A DNA stretch of 61,130 nucleotides, filler included, from Ionaspis alba (taxonomy: Eukaryota), in assembly GCA_964255285.1 (NCBI GenBank). It is 8 parts of 8 records of this genome, joined end to end, with 100 filler letters (N's around TTAATTAATTAA, not from the genome) between each part and the next. Parts side by side here need not be neighbours in the genome. Positions count along the whole stretch, not along the records: positions 53,649 to 61,130 come from CAXUUL010000826.1; 7 more parts are not named here. One strand, 5' to 3'. This document shows positions 58,574 through 61,130 of the stretch, one piece after another. Numbering within the stretch: the stretch's first letter is position 1; every line of letters starts with the position of its first letter. The notes under the pieces were generated by a model that was not told where the DNA came from, searched no databases, and saw nothing but the letters and a program-made list of their open reading frames with translations. The position numbers and the translations under genes are program-made.

Positions 58574-59030
58574 TTTGGTTCTAGCAAGCGTCGTAGCGAG
58601 TTTGAGGTTTTTTTTGTAGAGTTGTATGAATTATACCCCTTGGAGACATCGCAATAAGCGCATTTTGGATCAATCATCTTCGTTTTGTGCATCAGCTATT
58701 TATCTGCTTATAGTCCTTCAGAACTGCTGCAACCTGATTTCGAGCTGCTTGCTCCCCCAAGGTCTAGAGCTTCGACTTTCGACGATCCTGTACCCATTTC
58801 TCCTTGCGATGCCCAAGTGGTTCTGGGCTCTGGACCGCCCAGTGTTAACAATATTCACCTGCTCCGGATACATAAGGTCCAAGATTGAGGGATCGGCGAC
58901 ATTGGGAGATTGGCTCCAGTCCTGTGGGCCNNNNNNNNNNNNNNNNNNNNNNNNNNNNNNNNNNNNNNNNNNNNNNNNNNNNNNNNNNNNNNNNNNNNNN
59001 NNNNNNNNNNNNNNNNNNNNNNNNNNNNNN

Positions 59031-61127
59031 GGCCTGGTACCAATTCCGAGCTGCGGCCAAGAAGACATAACAAAGTACTAATCGCACGAGAATGTCGAAG
59101 GCATCGATGATTTCTGGTATTCCAAGTGCAACGTAATCGCTGACCAGTAGTGCTGTCACAGCTCGCGTGTACTTCCTAGCCTTTGATTCGTCTTCGCAGT
59201 TAAGCATGAAGCTATCGAGGGCTGAGAAAGGGAGATCACGGGTATCAGTACTCGAATGGTACGTCATCTTGTCTTCAATGGATAGCTCCGATGGTTTATG
59301 GACTGAAGCGTACTGTCGAAGATACTTCACCATGGTCCAACGTGCTCTGCTCAAGAAGCTTCTTGTAGGGATCAGAGACTTCTCAGACTTGCTCGGCTTC
59401 GTGTCAGTGAACATTCGAAGCAGCCTGACAGGATCCGAAGTCCAGAATGTGCGCGTTTTCTCGTCCTGCTGCAGGATTTCCGAACTGAGGAATTCGGTGA
59501 GGTGTACATGGCGAGTGAGCCGAGCGTAGAAGAGTGGTGTTAGAACCTTGAAGTAGATCACATCTAGATTCGCGTCTCCGTTCTGTACGTTGCTGTCTTG
59601 TCCTGGGCGTGCTAGATTTGGATAGAAAGTTTCCTCTGTGACGCATTGAGTACCTGCCGCAGTGTAATGGAGTGATACTTGGAAAGGCGAGCTCGAAACA
59701 CGCTCTTTCAGGAATTGTCTGAAGCAAGCCTCGATGATGCTGGTGTAGATTAGCATGGCTTGCAAGTCTGAACTTAATCACAATATACCTTTCTCGGTAT
59801 GTCTCTGTACGCCCAATACTGTCCTTGAAAACTTCTGGCCGGAACCAAACATCTAAATTCCTCCAAAAATAGAGCTTTCCGGCTTCTTTGACAATGCGTG
59901 GATATGTAACGAGGCCCACCCACCACCACGAGCAAAAGAAACGTGCCTTTAACCATCGACTCATTGTAGATGGATCGATCGAATCCTGGGTAGAGAAAAT
60001 CCTCGCAACAAGCTTTGCATGGTTTTTGGATGAGCTGAGAGTGATTGTATTGTTGATTCTGGTTTCTCGAGTCGAGTGCTGTGAAAATGGATCATAAGCA
60101 GACATTGAGTAAGATCCTTTGCGAGAACTGAATGGGGAGACGTGAAAGTCTTTGGCCCAATTATCACTAAATTTCGCGGTTCCTTCGGTTTGAGTTGACG
60201 GCAAGGCATCATTTCGACTACTTTCTAGTATCTGTCTCTCGACGGGAGGTGGCAATCCGGGAGTCTTGATCTCGCCCTTCAAGAGATACATCCTCCTTTC
60301 GTCAAATGTATTGTTCACCTCGAGGATCATAGCTTTGAGCACTTTATCTTTAGAATAGAAATACCAGAACGAAACCGGGTTGAAGGAATACCCAAGGAAT
60401 CGAGGCGCAGTCACCAGATACACATATGGATACTCATCCTGAGATTCCCCCTACCGCGTTGTGAGCAAGCACAACGACATCCAATCTTCAAGCTCCGTAC
60501 CTGAGAGTTGAGGTACGTATGAAGTTTACCCTTCAGACCAAGGTGAGCACTTCCTCGATCAAGATGATCCGCGGCATCCACACTCAACCATGCCTTTCGC
60601 TGCTTTCCACGGCCCGTATCAGTCCCTGGGAGTGGAACATCTGCAGAAACCATTGAAGCAACCGAGCCACGCCATCCTATTGGTATACCAACCATAAGGT
60701 AAGAATAGGAGAAGGAGTGTTTCCTGGGAAACATTCGCGTATGCGAGGTCCGACTCGGAAATATCAAAGGCCTGGGCCATATCTCTGAGGCAGTGTCATC
60801 CTCGGTAGCCCTGGTCGTAGTCGTGGAGCTTCCGTCATTCGAGGCGACGAAAAAACATGCAATGACAGTAAACAAAGCCGCGATGGAGTATTGGTTAGTT
60901 CGTGATGTGCAAAGTGAATTCCACAGAAATTGAACGATACTGAACACAACATCTAAATGAAAACAAAGTACCAGTGCGGCTGAGATCTTCAGATCTACAA
61001 AACATGCAGGCCTGTCCACTAAAAATCGACCAACCCAAACAAGGATGCAAAATGCAGTCGCCCATATATCATTTGCATGACCCCAATAACTCCCAGCCAT
61101 ATTCCCTGGCACCGACTCATAGAACAT
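59031..61127 (-). CDS. DUF1365-family protein with hydrophobic N-terminus, 2 introns; start and 3' end uncertain
   Basis: HTRMFPRKHSFSYSY, PRFLGYSFNPVSFWY, LEVNNTFDERRMY, FHVSPF. Confidence 0.88.
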
Positions 61128-61130
61128 AGT

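Noticed and set aside
58626..58930. ORFs left of the last 100-N gap as the DUF1365 C-terminus or a separate gene
   Set aside because: Frame cannot be fixed across the gap and no translation is recognisable

Overview
Eukaryotic, intron-rich genomic DNA from a filamentous ascomycete (Pezizomycotina; finer placement cannot be read from the sequence). The window is not one locus. It is eight scaffolds of 7612, 7604, 7574, 7572, 7570, 7527, 7489 and 7482 bp, in descending size order, joined by artificial N44-TTAATTAATTAA-N44 linkers, so adjacency across linkers carries no information. Seven scaffolds hold mostly housekeeping genes: ORC2 3' end, aminopeptidase P, importin-13-like, FUN14, GND1, a TPT/SLC35 transporter, LSM12, a BTB protein, MAM3, FUM1, a Clg1/Pcl-type cyclin, PWP1, PRP16, RRN3, Spo73/Mug65-like, CDT1-like and DUF1365. 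They also hold a small secreted 4-Cys protein. The sixth scaffold is an apparently intact Ty3/gypsy chromovirus with a single gag-pol ORF, sitting next to very AT-rich DNA. The best leads are: (1) this element's integrase ends in a chromodomain, a linker and a terminal AT-hook whose codons double as the polypurine tract, with the stop codon as the first bases of the LTR; (2) an AUG-less ~213-codon in-frame extension upstream of its gag; (3) a strong-context 36-aa uORF and a 550-nt AUG-free stretch before the cyclin; (4) recurrent C-rich to G-rich strand-skew switches that often lie near contig breaks. All family calls are from motif recognition, not database searches.
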